A stretch of 64,000 nucleotides of DNA from a virus (lineage: Duplodnaviria > Heunggongvirae > Uroviricota > Caudoviricetes), in the IMG/VR virus record IMGVR_UViG_3300044557_000151, positions 59,723-123,722 of that record. One strand, 5' to 3'. Below the pieces are notes generated by a model. The model searched no databases. It saw only the letters and a program-made list of their open reading frames with translations, and was not told where the DNA came from. Position numbers and translations under genes: made by a program. The first letter of the stretch is position 1; each line of letters opens with the position of its first letter. This document shows, in pieces, positions 56,299 through 64,000 of the stretch.

Positions 56299-56356
56299 TA
56301 GACAAACACTAATGTGTTTGGTATACTATTAGACGTAGACAAATACTAATGTGTTT
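56299..56356 (+). promoter_or_regulatory. promoter-operator unit
   Basis: TAGACA-N17-TATACT at 56299..56327. Second palindrome copy AAATACTAATGTGTTT at 56341..56356. Confidence 0.6.
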
Positions 56357-56388
56357 TTGTTTAACAAGATGTTAAAGGGGAGATTAGT

Positions 56389-56880
56389 ATCACAGAAACG
56401 ATTCGACCTGATTATTACAAACAGGGCGCAAGTGAGACTTGGGACGACATCAAAGCATGGGGACGTACACCATACTTAGGTTTTATCCTTGGGAACACAC
56501 GAAAGTACATTGATCGATATTGGGGAAAGAATGGAGTTAAGGATTTACGTGAACTTCAAACATATCTAGCTCACGTCATTCAGGACCCTGATACTGTTAA
56601 ACCAGCAAAAGTTGCCGACATCCGCGCTAACGTGCAAAAAATTGTTAGCGATGCGGTTGAAGCGTTTGTAGATTCGGCTTGTGAAGATTCATCACAACTG
56701 ACCACCATTCAATTAGTGGTTACTGGATTGATCTCATACGAAGAAGACCTGATTAAGAAGGCTGACGAGACCAACGATGCTGGCGTTACTTTAAAGGAAG
56801 CAGCAGAAGCTGCTACCATGTTGGATGACACCGTCAAGGAGGCTACAACTGTTGAGCAAACGATTAACACTGAAGCGTGA
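56389..56880 (+). CDS. DUF3310-like phage protein, probable non-ATG (ATC) start
   Basis: The open frame from 56365 encodes ...RPDYYKQG..ETWDDIKAWG..GNTRKYIDRYWGK... upstream of the first canonical start (GTG 56632). SD AAAGGGGAG sits 6 nt before ATC 56389. Confidence 0.45.
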   Translation: MTETIRPDYYKQGASETWDDIKAWGRTPYLGFILGNTRKYIDRYWGKNGVKDLRELQTYLAHVIQDPDTVKPAKVADIRANVQKIVSDAVEAFVDSACEDSSQLTTIQLVVTGLISYEEDLIKKADETNDAGVTLKEAAEAATMLDDTVKEATTVEQTINTEA

Positions 56881-57130
56881 TTTCAACTTAACTCGGCTGT
56901 TCCTTAAGATGCGCCCTGATGCTGAACTATACGCTGCTAACGAAGATTCTACAACATTTACTCTTCGTAAGACCGGTTCGGGAATCTTGGGCGGAACTCT
57001 TGATCGTGAAGATGCCGAAAAGATGATGAAGACGAAAAAGGTCGTTGTGATTTATGAAGACCTTAACGAAATTGAGTATTACAACTTCACCAACGATTCT
57101 GAAATCTTTGGCTGGGTAATGAACAACTAG
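56852..57130 (+). CDS. hypothetical protein
   Basis: TTG 56852 after AAGGAGG. Track frame 56825. Confidence 0.35.
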   Translation: MSKRLTLKRDFNLTRLFLKMRPDAELYAANEDSTTFTLRKTGSGILGGTLDREDAEKMMKTKKVVVIYEDLNEIEYYNFTNDSEIFGWVMNN

Positions 57131-57139
57131 GAGGGAACA

Positions 57140-59419
57140 TTGGGACATTCAAACTCAATCAGCGTAACTGCAAAGCTTAAAACGTTACGCTATTCGTCTC
57201 CTGATCCGGAAAATCATTTCTTCATTGGAATATTTGAGGTCATTGACGCAAAAGGGTATGACCTTTCGTATTCCGAGCCATTCGATAAGCTGATTACCGT
57301 TAAGGGAAATGGAGAACCGATCACAGGGGTTACATATAAAGTCTCTGGGACCCTTGAACACAATAATCGATTCGGAGATCAATATCAGGTCTATCAACTG
57401 CCGATTGCGTTTGATTTAACTACTGCAACAAAAGAGCAGGTTCGGACATTCCTGGGATCATTTATCTCGAAAAGTCTTACAAACGCGATTGTAGATGGTC
57501 TACCTAATCCGGGCGAAGTACTTGTATCTGGAACAGTTGAAGAACTGTCACAGATAAAAGGTATCGGGGCGACAAAGGGCGAGAGTATCCTAAACAAAGT
57601 TCGATCACAACTCGATTACAGTGCCGCAATCGTAGCTTTGAAAGACTTTGGCTTTAACTTCTCTCCAAAAGTTGTTCAGAAAGTGGTTCAGGCGTTCAAA
57701 TCACCTGAAGGTGTAGCGTCCGCGCTTAACACCAATCCATATCTCATGACTCGTGTACCTGGTATTGGATTCCTAACTGTCGATAAAGTTGCTATCAAAC
57801 ATGGTATTCAACCAAATGATTCCAACCGGGTTCGCAGTTACATTCAATATTATCTACAAGAAGAACGTGAGAATGGCAATTCTTATGTTGAGGCAAAGGA
57901 CTTTGTCGTGAACCTTAACGATAAGATTTACGGAGTTGATATTCCGGGGGCGATTGAATACATTAATAAGTCGCCATTGTATTCGGTATACCAGGTTGAA
58001 GACGAAATGCGTATTTCATTGTCGTCTGTGAACCAGCGAGAACAGGCCGTAGCCAAAGAATTGAAACGGCTCGTATCATTCAACGGGAAGATGGGTTTCA
58101 AATCGGATCTCGTTGAAAGGGCTGTTGCTCATACTGAAGACAAGCAGGGATTTAAGTATTCAAAAATCCAACGAGCCGCAATTGACGAAATGGTAGACAA
58201 TAACGTCTATCTGTTACAAGGATTATCCGGGAGTGGCAAATCGTCATCGATTGCAGGGTTTGTCAATGCCTTGCGAGAACACCACTTTTCATTCACTCAG
58301 GTAGCTTTATCGGGGAAGGCTGCGAACAACCTCGAACAGATTACCGGTGAAGAAGGATCGACAATTCATCGTCGATTGAAGATTATGCCCGATCAAAAAG
58401 GGAAATACTTCTATGGTCCAGATCAACGCTTAGAAGAAGACGTCATCATTTTAGATGAGTTATCCATGGTCGATCTCGATATTTTCTACGCGTTAATCTC
58501 CGCCATTAAAGACGGTGGCAAGCTGATTATGATCGGTGATATTGCTCAGTTAGAGAGTATTGGGATTAGCGTTATGCGCGACTTTCTCACGTCCAATGTC
58601 GTTCCAACTCGCACACTTGATGAGATTCATCGTCAGGCGCAAAAGTCGGCAATTATCACACATTCAATTCAGATTCGTGGTGGCATCGTACCGGATGGCT
58701 TGGCAAAGTCGCCAGGTACAGTTCGTACCTACGGTGAACTGCAAGATTTAACCTACTCATTCGTTCGTAAGGATGGGGAGCAGGACAGCATCTTACATGA
58801 GTCAATTCGTATCTATAAGGAGTTGCTCAAAGAGCATAAGGTTGACGACATTCAAATCCTTATTCCAACGAAGAAGGGGCTTTGCTCAACCTTCACTCTG
58901 AATAAGGCGGGACAAGCGTTAGTAACACCACACCCAGACGACAAATCGAAACTTACTATCAATCAAGGTAAGGAAAACGAATTTGAGCTTCATGTAGGTG
59001 ATCGTGTTATCAACGTCAAGAATAATACAAAAACTCCAATTGATGACAACGGCAATCCAGCTCCTATCTTCAATGGGAACACAGGTGTCGTACTCAACTT
59101 ATCGAAAGGTGCGATCAAGATTTACTTCGATGGGATTGGAATTGTAAATGTCCTGCCAGATCACTTCAAGTATATCGAATTAGGATATGCAATTACGATT
59201 CATAAATCACAAGGTTCAACTATTCCCTATGTGATTGTTGCCTATCCATTCAACTACATGCTTAACAGTCGGGAATCACTTTATACAGCGATCACCCGCG
59301 CATCAAAACATTGCTGGGTCGTATCTTCTCCTTCGACGTTCGTTGAATCCGTTAAGAAGACAGCATCCACACAACACAACACTAGCTTAGACTATTATAT
59401 CAAAAGGGAGTTTCGTTAA
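57140..59419 (+). CDS. RecD-like SF1 DNA helicase
   Basis: N-terminal HhH (LSQIKGIGATKGESIL). Walker A QGLSGSGKSS. Motif V/VI region: ITIHKSQGST...LYTAITRASK. TTG start after AGGAGGG. Confidence 0.75.
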   Translation: MGHSNSISVTAKLKTLRYSSPDPENHFFIGIFEVIDAKGYDLSYSEPFDKLITVKGNGEPITGVTYKVSGTLEHNNRFGDQYQVYQLPIAFDLTTATKEQVRTFLGSFISKSLTNAIVDGLPNPGEVLVSGTVEELSQIKGIGATKGESILNKVRSQLDYSAAIVALKDFGFNFSPKVVQKVVQAFKSPEGVASALNTNPYLMTRVPGIGFLTVDKVAIKHGIQPNDSNRVRSYIQYYLQEERENGNSYVEAKDFVVNLNDKIYGVDIPGAIEYINKSPLYSVYQVEDEMRISLSSVNQREQAVAKELKRLVSFNGKMGFKSDLVERAVAHTEDKQGFKYSKIQRAAIDEMVDNNVYLLQGLSGSGKSSSIAGFVNALREHHFSFTQVALSGKAANNLEQITGEEGSTIHRRLKIMPDQKGKYFYGPDQRLEEDVIILDELSMVDLDIFYALISAIKDGGKLIMIGDIAQLESIGISVMRDFLTSNVVPTRTLDEIHRQAQKSAIITHSIQIRGGIVPDGLAKSPGTVRTYGELQDLTYSFVRKDGEQDSILHESIRIYKELLKEHKVDDIQILIPTKKGLCSTFTLNKAGQALVTPHPDDKSKLTINQGKENEFELHVGDRVINVKNNTKTPIDDNGNPAPIFNGNTGVVLNLSKGAIKIYFDGIGIVNVLPDHFKYIELGYAITIHKSQGSTIPYVIVAYPFNYMLNSRESLYTAITRASKHCWVVSSPSTFVESVKKTASTQHNTSLDYYIKREFR

Positions 59420-60126
59420 TGTCATACCAAACTATTACTAACTTCGAAGTCTTATACAAAGGTCAACGCGCATTCGTGCGTCGCACTTTTTTTGTCGGCG
59501 AAAAGGAATTCGCTGAAATCATCGTCTTCCCACATCGTGCAGAAAACGACTCTATCAATGTACCACGCGAAGAATTGCGCAGTATGCCTACTGAAAGTAG
59601 CTTAGAATTGGCTCAATTTGGTGCAATTGACGGCCTAGCTGACGGTGGCGCTGGTAAGGATGCTCGTGATATTTCAGACCAACCATTAGATTACCAAGAA
59701 TCCTACATGGAAAACTATCACTTTGCGATCAACAAGTACAACGCCGAACACGCTGAAGATGAAAAGAAGGAACAACAAACTGCCAAAGATACTACTGACG
59801 GTACAACCGCTGGTAAAGCAGATGGTGAAAAGGGTTCTGATCCAGCAGATTTAACTGGTAAGAGTGCTGCATACGTAACTGCTTATAACAAGGCTTACAC
59901 GACTGGCAAGGGTGTATATGACAAGGCTCAAGCTGACACCAAAGCCGGTACTGAAGCTGGTACTACAGATGGATCAAATGGTTCTGCTAAAGCTGATTTA
60001 ACTGGTAAATCAGATGCTTACACCACCGCTTACAACACGGCCTACACTACCGGTAAGGCAGCTTATGGTGCAGCTCATCCAGCAGAAGGTAGCGGTTCTG
60101 AAACTGGTACAACTCCAGAACCTTAA
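59419..60126 (+). CDS. hypothetical protein with C-terminal imperfect repeats
   Basis: Repeats of DLTGKSxAYxTAYNxAYTTGK. G/T/A-rich C-terminal tail. Confidence 0.45.
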   Translation: MSYQTITNFEVLYKGQRAFVRRTFFVGEKEFAEIIVFPHRAENDSINVPREELRSMPTESSLELAQFGAIDGLADGGAGKDARDISDQPLDYQESYMENYHFAINKYNAEHAEDEKKEQQTAKDTTDGTTAGKADGEKGSDPADLTGKSAAYVTAYNKAYTTGKGVYDKAQADTKAGTEAGTTDGSNGSAKADLTGKSDAYTTAYNTAYTTGKAAYGAAHPAEGSGSETGTTPEP

Positions 60127-60218
60127 TTTTAATAAAAGTATGGTAATGTAATCGCTTTCATGTTATAATATAGTTAATCCAAAAGGTGTTCTGGAAGATA
60201 TCTTAAAGGATTAATTAT

Positions 60219-60368
60219 ATGGAACACATTCAAACAAGTGATTACATTGCTCAGCTAAACTACCTCAACGACATCGGTCCCGGCGAATGGTGCACCTATC
60301 TATGGGACGAAGCGTTTAGTGAATTAGCTGACTTCTCGCCATTAATGGCATCATTATATATGGACTGA
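60219..60368 (+). CDS. hypothetical small protein
   Basis: 49-aa ORF below the track cutoff. Extended -10 element TGTTATAAT at 60160..60169 upstream. Confidence 0.25.
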   Translation: MEHIQTSDYIAQLNYLNDIGPGEWCTYLWDEAFSELADFSPLMASLYMD

Positions 60369-60375
60369 AAGAACT

Positions 60376-60402
60376 GGCGGTGATCGCACCGCTATTTCTT
60401 TT
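60376..60402 (+). terminator. rho-independent terminator
   Basis: Stem GGCGGTG-ATCG-CACCGCT followed by ATTTCTTTT. Confidence 0.5.
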
Positions 60403-60566
60403 GCCAAAAATAGCTTAAATAGTCTGAATTAGGTAAGGGAGACGCCAAATGAAGAGTCACGGACCACCAGGATAAAACCCGTATTTTATAACTACGATCC
60501 GCTCACAGAAGCGGGGATAAGGGACCCTACAACGTAGGGACGAAACCTACTAAACGAAAAGAGGAA
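60403..60566 (+). promoter_or_regulatory. structured 5' leader of the pnuC-like gene (candidate riboswitch/attenuator)
   Basis: 164-nt leader. SD-led mini-ORF MKSHGPPG (60447..60473). Hairpins CCGCTCACAGAAGCGG and GACCCTACAACGTAGGGAC lie ahead of the pnuC RBS. Confidence 0.3.
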
Positions 60567-61331
60567 ATGAACAACTTGGAAAACACTAACACAACTAAAT
60601 TTACTGGTACTTATTTTCAATGGATCAAGCATCAATTAACCGGATGGGACACTTTCCCATGGGCATTGTGGGGATTCGGTATCGGATTTGAATTAGCCCT
60701 GCTGCTCACCAATAAGATTACACCATTAGCTATCATTTCATTCATCGGCGTATTCTTCGGTATGTGGTGTACAGTCGCAATGTCGTCAGGCGGTACTGAC
60801 GCTAACGGTAATCGAGTAATCTCTCACTCGATTAATGGATTGTTGGGCGCAATCAGTGTAATCGCCTATGTCTATGTTAACTGGACCGCAGGGCACTGGT
60901 TCAGTGTCCTGGATCAATTTGCCTACTTCTTCTTAATCGATTTTGGTTTGATGATTAACTGGCGCACATGGGGACATGGCGAAAACGGCGGCAAGATGAA
61001 TGAACTCTCCAAAAAAGGCTGGGCAATCGTTACTGCTATTATCCTGATTGGTTGGTTTGCCTTCTACCATCTTGGCGTAGTATTAAACGACAGTAATCCA
61101 ATTTGGGATTCCCTCACGTTCGCTATTGGCGCTACGGCAAGCTGGTTGTGCTTCAAGCGTTACACATCGACATACACATTATGGATTTGTTCAAATATTG
61201 TAAATTTGGTTCTTTGGTTTACTGCCCTGCAAGCAGGGTATAGTCAATCAGCACTCGTTATGCTTGTTATGAACGTATTCTATATGGCTACTGCGATCTA
61301 CGGTAAGTTTGTGTGGAAGGTGGAAAAGTAG
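60567..61331 (+). CDS. pnuC: PnuC-family nucleoside/NMN transporter
   Basis: 254 aa, about 7 TM helices, Trp-rich. NWTAGHWFSVLDQF and the loop layout are typical of PnuC. Confidence 0.6.
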   Translation: MNNLENTNTTKFTGTYFQWIKHQLTGWDTFPWALWGFGIGFELALLLTNKITPLAIISFIGVFFGMWCTVAMSSGGTDANGNRVISHSINGLLGAISVIAYVYVNWTAGHWFSVLDQFAYFFLIDFGLMINWRTWGHGENGGKMNELSKKGWAIVTAIILIGWFAFYHLGVVLNDSNPIWDSLTFAIGATASWLCFKRYTSTYTLWICSNIVNLVLWFTALQAGYSQSALVMLVMNVFYMATAIYGKFVWKVEK

Positions 61332-61334
61332 TCC

Positions 61335-62780
61335 TTGCCAGTATCATTAACATTATCTCAAGTGCAACAACGTATCGACGAAAAGTTTAAGGAAAACATT
61401 GAGGTACATGATGACTTCGTAGGGTGGACACACCCTTGTACAATGAGTTGTCGAAAGTGCGGAACAAGCTGGTTTATGAATCCTAGAAATCTGTGTGACA
61501 TGCGACACGGATGTGGGTGCGACTCGTGTAACAAGAAGACCTTTCAACCTCACAATCTGAAAGCTGCCGAACAGGTACGGGACGAGATTCTTGATGCAAC
61601 CGACGGAACAACGCAATTGCAGGTAAACGCCTACACCCGTTCTCAAGAGAAGTGCGACTTTGTTTGCTTAATCTGTGGCAATACCTGGTGCGCCGTTCCG
61701 TCGGTGCTTTTATGGGAGTCTAAAAACAGAAGAACAACTGGTTGCTCAAAGTGTTCACGTAGGTTGCAGGCGCAAAGACAGCAGCGAACAATCGAAGATG
61801 TAAGAGTGTATGTCGCGGATTGTGCACCGGAAATCACCGTTCTTGCGTATGACCCAATTAAGCACCGTGTCGATATGAAGTGCGATAAGTGCGCGTATGA
61901 GTTTACTACAGGATTCGACTCTGATAAAGAAAAGGGGAAGACGCGCTTCCGCTGTCCTAGATGTACTCCTTGCGAATCATCTGGAGAACGGTTCGTTCGA
62001 CGTGTTCTTGACTACAATCAAATCGAGTATCAACAAGAATACTCGTACTTCAACACGATTGAGAAGACCTGGCAGCGATTTGATTTCTTGCTTCCAGTTC
62101 AAAAGCTAGTAATTGAAATCAATGGTGATCAACACACCAACGAATCGAATTCCTTCTACAAGACTCGCATGGTATACCTCGATAAAGTCAAACGTCAATG
62201 GGCGCTAGATCAAGGGTTGCATGTACTGGATATAGATTATCCAACGGAGTCCATGATTTCACAATTAGTTGGTGAGCTCGGTTTACTCGCTGTGCCTCCG
62301 TTCGATTACAAAGACTCGCGAGAGTCTGAATATCAGGACGTTATTGCGTATCTAACGTCGGGGCATAATCTTATCGAAACACAGGCCAAATTCAACATGG
62401 GTCCCAAGGTAGTGAATAGATACATTAAGATGCGCGGATACGCAAATTATTGGGATTTATACCACACTGAACGGATGAAAAGATTGGGACTAACAAATGA
62501 TCTCATCATCGATTGGCTTAAGCATAACCACTTCTCGCATATTGAAGAAGAGATCGGGATTACTAAGAAGTATGTAATTAACCATATACTTAATAATCCA
62601 GACTACCCATACACCAACCTAACCGACATCAAAGATGAAGCAATTCGGTCAGATGAATTTACAAAGTATCGCAAGACTCACTCCAAGCGAGCAACTAGTA
62701 AATACTTTATGACTGATGCAGCCCACATTATTAAATTAATTGGGGCTGAAAAATGGGATAGAAAAGTTGAGGTGTCGTAA
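61335..62780 (+). CDS. multi-zinc-ribbon protein with Vsr/DUF559-like PD-(D/E)XK endonuclease domain (paralog of 44921)
   Basis: Many CxxC pairs. GERFVRRVLDYNQIEY...FDFLLPVQKLVIEINGDQH...LHVLDIDY matches the nuclease domain of the 44921 protein. C-terminal HTH-like tail. Confidence 0.5.
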   Translation: MPVSLTLSQVQQRIDEKFKENIEVHDDFVGWTHPCTMSCRKCGTSWFMNPRNLCDMRHGCGCDSCNKKTFQPHNLKAAEQVRDEILDATDGTTQLQVNAYTRSQEKCDFVCLICGNTWCAVPSVLLWESKNRRTTGCSKCSRRLQAQRQQRTIEDVRVYVADCAPEITVLAYDPIKHRVDMKCDKCAYEFTTGFDSDKEKGKTRFRCPRCTPCESSGERFVRRVLDYNQIEYQQEYSYFNTIEKTWQRFDFLLPVQKLVIEINGDQHTNESNSFYKTRMVYLDKVKRQWALDQGLHVLDIDYPTESMISQLVGELGLLAVPPFDYKDSRESEYQDVIAYLTSGHNLIETQAKFNMGPKVVNRYIKMRGYANYWDLYHTERMKRLGLTNDLIIDWLKHNHFSHIEEEIGITKKYVINHILNNPDYPYTNLTDIKDEAIRSDEFTKYRKTHSKRATSKYFMTDAAHIIKLIGAEKWDRKVEVS

Positions 62781-62857
62781 GACCCTTATCGACAATGAGA
62801 CCTCGCGTCCGAGTGGGTGGAATGCCCATACATAATCAATGAAAGTGACGGTACAAT

Positions 62858-63589
62858 ATCATTCTGTACATTTTAGGATCAATTGGCGCTGGCAAGACAA
62901 GCCTAACCGATTTATTAGCAAAAGACCTACAAACTACCGCATACTATGAAGACATTAGTGGAAATGGCATGATTGGGAGTATGCTTGAAAAATTCTACGA
63001 ATCAGGGATTGACTCAAGAAAGCGCACGGGTGCGATGCTCCAGATCGCCTTCTTAACATTCCGTTACCAGCAATTAAAACGAGCAATTGTTGAACGTAAC
63101 GCTATTCTGGATTCTAGCCTCGAATCCGATTTTGTAATGGCAAAACAGTTGCATGACAACGGCGAAATTGATGATGTGGACTATAACATCTATACTACCT
63201 TATCACAAGAAATGCAGGCTAACGTGAATGGTATGCCATGGAGCGGATATCCAGATCTCGCCATCTACTTAAAGATTGATCCGGAGAAGGAAATCGAGGA
63301 GATTCAAGGACGTGGCCGCGAAATGGAAGATATCCGCAAAGACCCTGAATTGGTTGATTACTATCATCGCGTCAACAAAGCTTATCGCGAATGGTCTAAA
63401 GGTTATACTCGTGGAATTATGCTGACGATTGATCGTGATAAATACGATTTCGTTAATAATCTCGACGATCGCAACACTGTCCTAAATCAAATCGAACATA
63501 AACTTGTTGATCTCGGCAAGTTGTCCCCCGAAGAGTTTGACGCGATTCGTGCTCGCCGTGAACCATTAACTCGCGGTTTGCCGTTCTAA
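62858..63589 (+). CDS. deoxynucleoside kinase (dAK/dGK family), probable ATC/ATT start
   Basis: P-loop ILGSIGAGKTSL at 62870..62905 lies in frame upstream of the first ATG (62969), with no ATG/GTG/TTG after the in-frame stop at 62846. The C-terminus IQGRGREMEDIRKDPELVDYY...DRDKYDFVNNLDDRN aligns with Lactobacillus dAK/dGK. Confidence 0.75.
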   Translation: MILYILGSIGAGKTSLTDLLAKDLQTTAYYEDISGNGMIGSMLEKFYESGIDSRKRTGAMLQIAFLTFRYQQLKRAIVERNAILDSSLESDFVMAKQLHDNGEIDDVDYNIYTTLSQEMQANVNGMPWSGYPDLAIYLKIDPEKEIEEIQGRGREMEDIRKDPELVDYYHRVNKAYREWSKGYTRGIMLTIDRDKYDFVNNLDDRNTVLNQIEHKLVDLGKLSPEEFDAIRARREPLTRGLPF

Positions 63590-63756
63590 CAATCACAATC
63601 GTTCCATGGGCGGCGCTGATAGCCAAGTTCTACACATGAGTAGATCTAAAGTCCAAATAGTCACGTCATCTTAGAGGGTGACACAGCACTACATTATTAC
63701 AATTTCGATACAATATCGAGCGTCAATTGGAGACGATAACAGGTCAGCAGTTACAC

Positions 63757-63785
63757 AAAAAGCGCCCCTGAATAGGGACGCTTTT
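63757..63785. terminator. bidirectional rho-independent terminator
   Basis: AAAAGCGCCCC-TGAATA-GGGACGCTTTT, with an A-tract on one side and a T-tract on the other. Lies between the plus-strand dNK gene and the minus-strand rplS. Confidence 0.6.
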
Positions 63786-63809
63786 AATAAACATATAAAT
63801 ACCCGTGGA

Positions 63810-64000
63810 TTAACGGCGCTTTTCTTTGATACGCGCAGCCTTACCACGTAATGCCCGCAAGTAGTACAACTTGGCACGGCGTACTTGACCATGACGGGTA
63901 ACTTCGATCTTTTCAACACGTGGGGTGTGTAATGGGAAAGTCCGTTCAACACCAACGCCGCTGGAGATCTTACGAACGGTGTAAGTCGCAGAAACACCAG
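63810..64000 (-). CDS. rplS: 50S ribosomal protein L19, C-terminal part (gene runs off the window)
   Basis: Minus-strand translation ...[56 protein letters not shown] matches the L19 C-terminus. Stop codon complement at 63810..63812. Confidence 0.85.
   Translation of the reverse strand, partial: GVSATYTVRKISSGVGVERTFPLHTPRVEKIEVTRHGQVRRAKLYYLRALRGKAARIKEKRR

Noticed and set aside
15756-56356. The repeated AAACACTAATGTGTTT-containing units could be mistaken for a CRISPR array or IS terminal repeats
   Set aside because: There are only 6 to 8 copies, scattered over 50 kb in intergenic positions. Each is fused to -35/-10 hexamers at fixed spacing, with no regular repeat-spacer periodicity and no cas genes. 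The copies behave as promoter-operator units.
342-62109. All minus-strand and nested alternative-frame track ORFs (for example 342..596, 751..933, 3314..3631, 9510..9914, 11471..12034, 25303..25725, 31052..31513, 47328..47699)
   Set aside because: They lie antisense or out of frame to motif-bearing plus-strand genes in a tightly packed co-directional array. They lack RBSs and have low-complexity translations, so they are shadow ORFs.
63689-63997. Track ORF on the minus strand (102 aa, [11 protein letters not shown]...)
   Set aside because: Another frame of the same strand gives an unmistakable ribosomal protein L19 C-terminus. The listed ORF is an out-of-frame shadow of rplS plus the terminator region.

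Overview
This 64-kb window is a dense, almost entirely plus-strand array of more than 100 short genes, typical of a large lactic-acid-bacterium phage or a very large prophage. No virion structural genes are present. The recognisable content is as follows.

- Replication and recombination: SSB-like protein, Sak4-like AAA ATPase, SbcD/Mre11-like phosphoesterase, DnaB-like helicase, TOPRIM primase, PD-(D/E)XK nuclease, DnaE-type Pol III alpha, DnaQ-like exonuclease and RecD-like helicase.
- tRNA array: Arg, a Trp-like tRNA, Leu, Asn, Asp and Ser, plus degenerate tRNA-like pieces.
- Deoxynucleoside salvage: tdk, two tandem nucleoside 2-deoxyribosyltransferases, a deoxynucleoside kinase and a PnuC-type transporter.
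- RNA repair: an RNA ligase together with RtcB.
- A MazE/MazF-like toxin-antitoxin pair.
- Mobile elements: three IS200/IS605-family TnpB elements (one with TnpA), each with its omega-RNA-bearing right end, plus a 224-bp ORF-less derivative inserted in the tRNA array.
- HNH homing endonucleases and two Zn-ribbon plus Vsr/DUF559-like endonuclease paralogs.
- An SPFH/band-7 protein.
- Two tyrosine-recombinase-like genes.
- A recurring promoter/operator unit (TAGACA-N17-TAtAcT with the palindrome AAACACTAATGTGTTT in the spacer and again in the transcribed leader).
- Two genes whose conserved N-termini lie upstream of any ATG/GTG/TTG, implying ATC initiation.
- At the extreme 3' end, a convergently oriented, host-type rplS (L19) fragment, marking a junction with chromosomal-type DNA.
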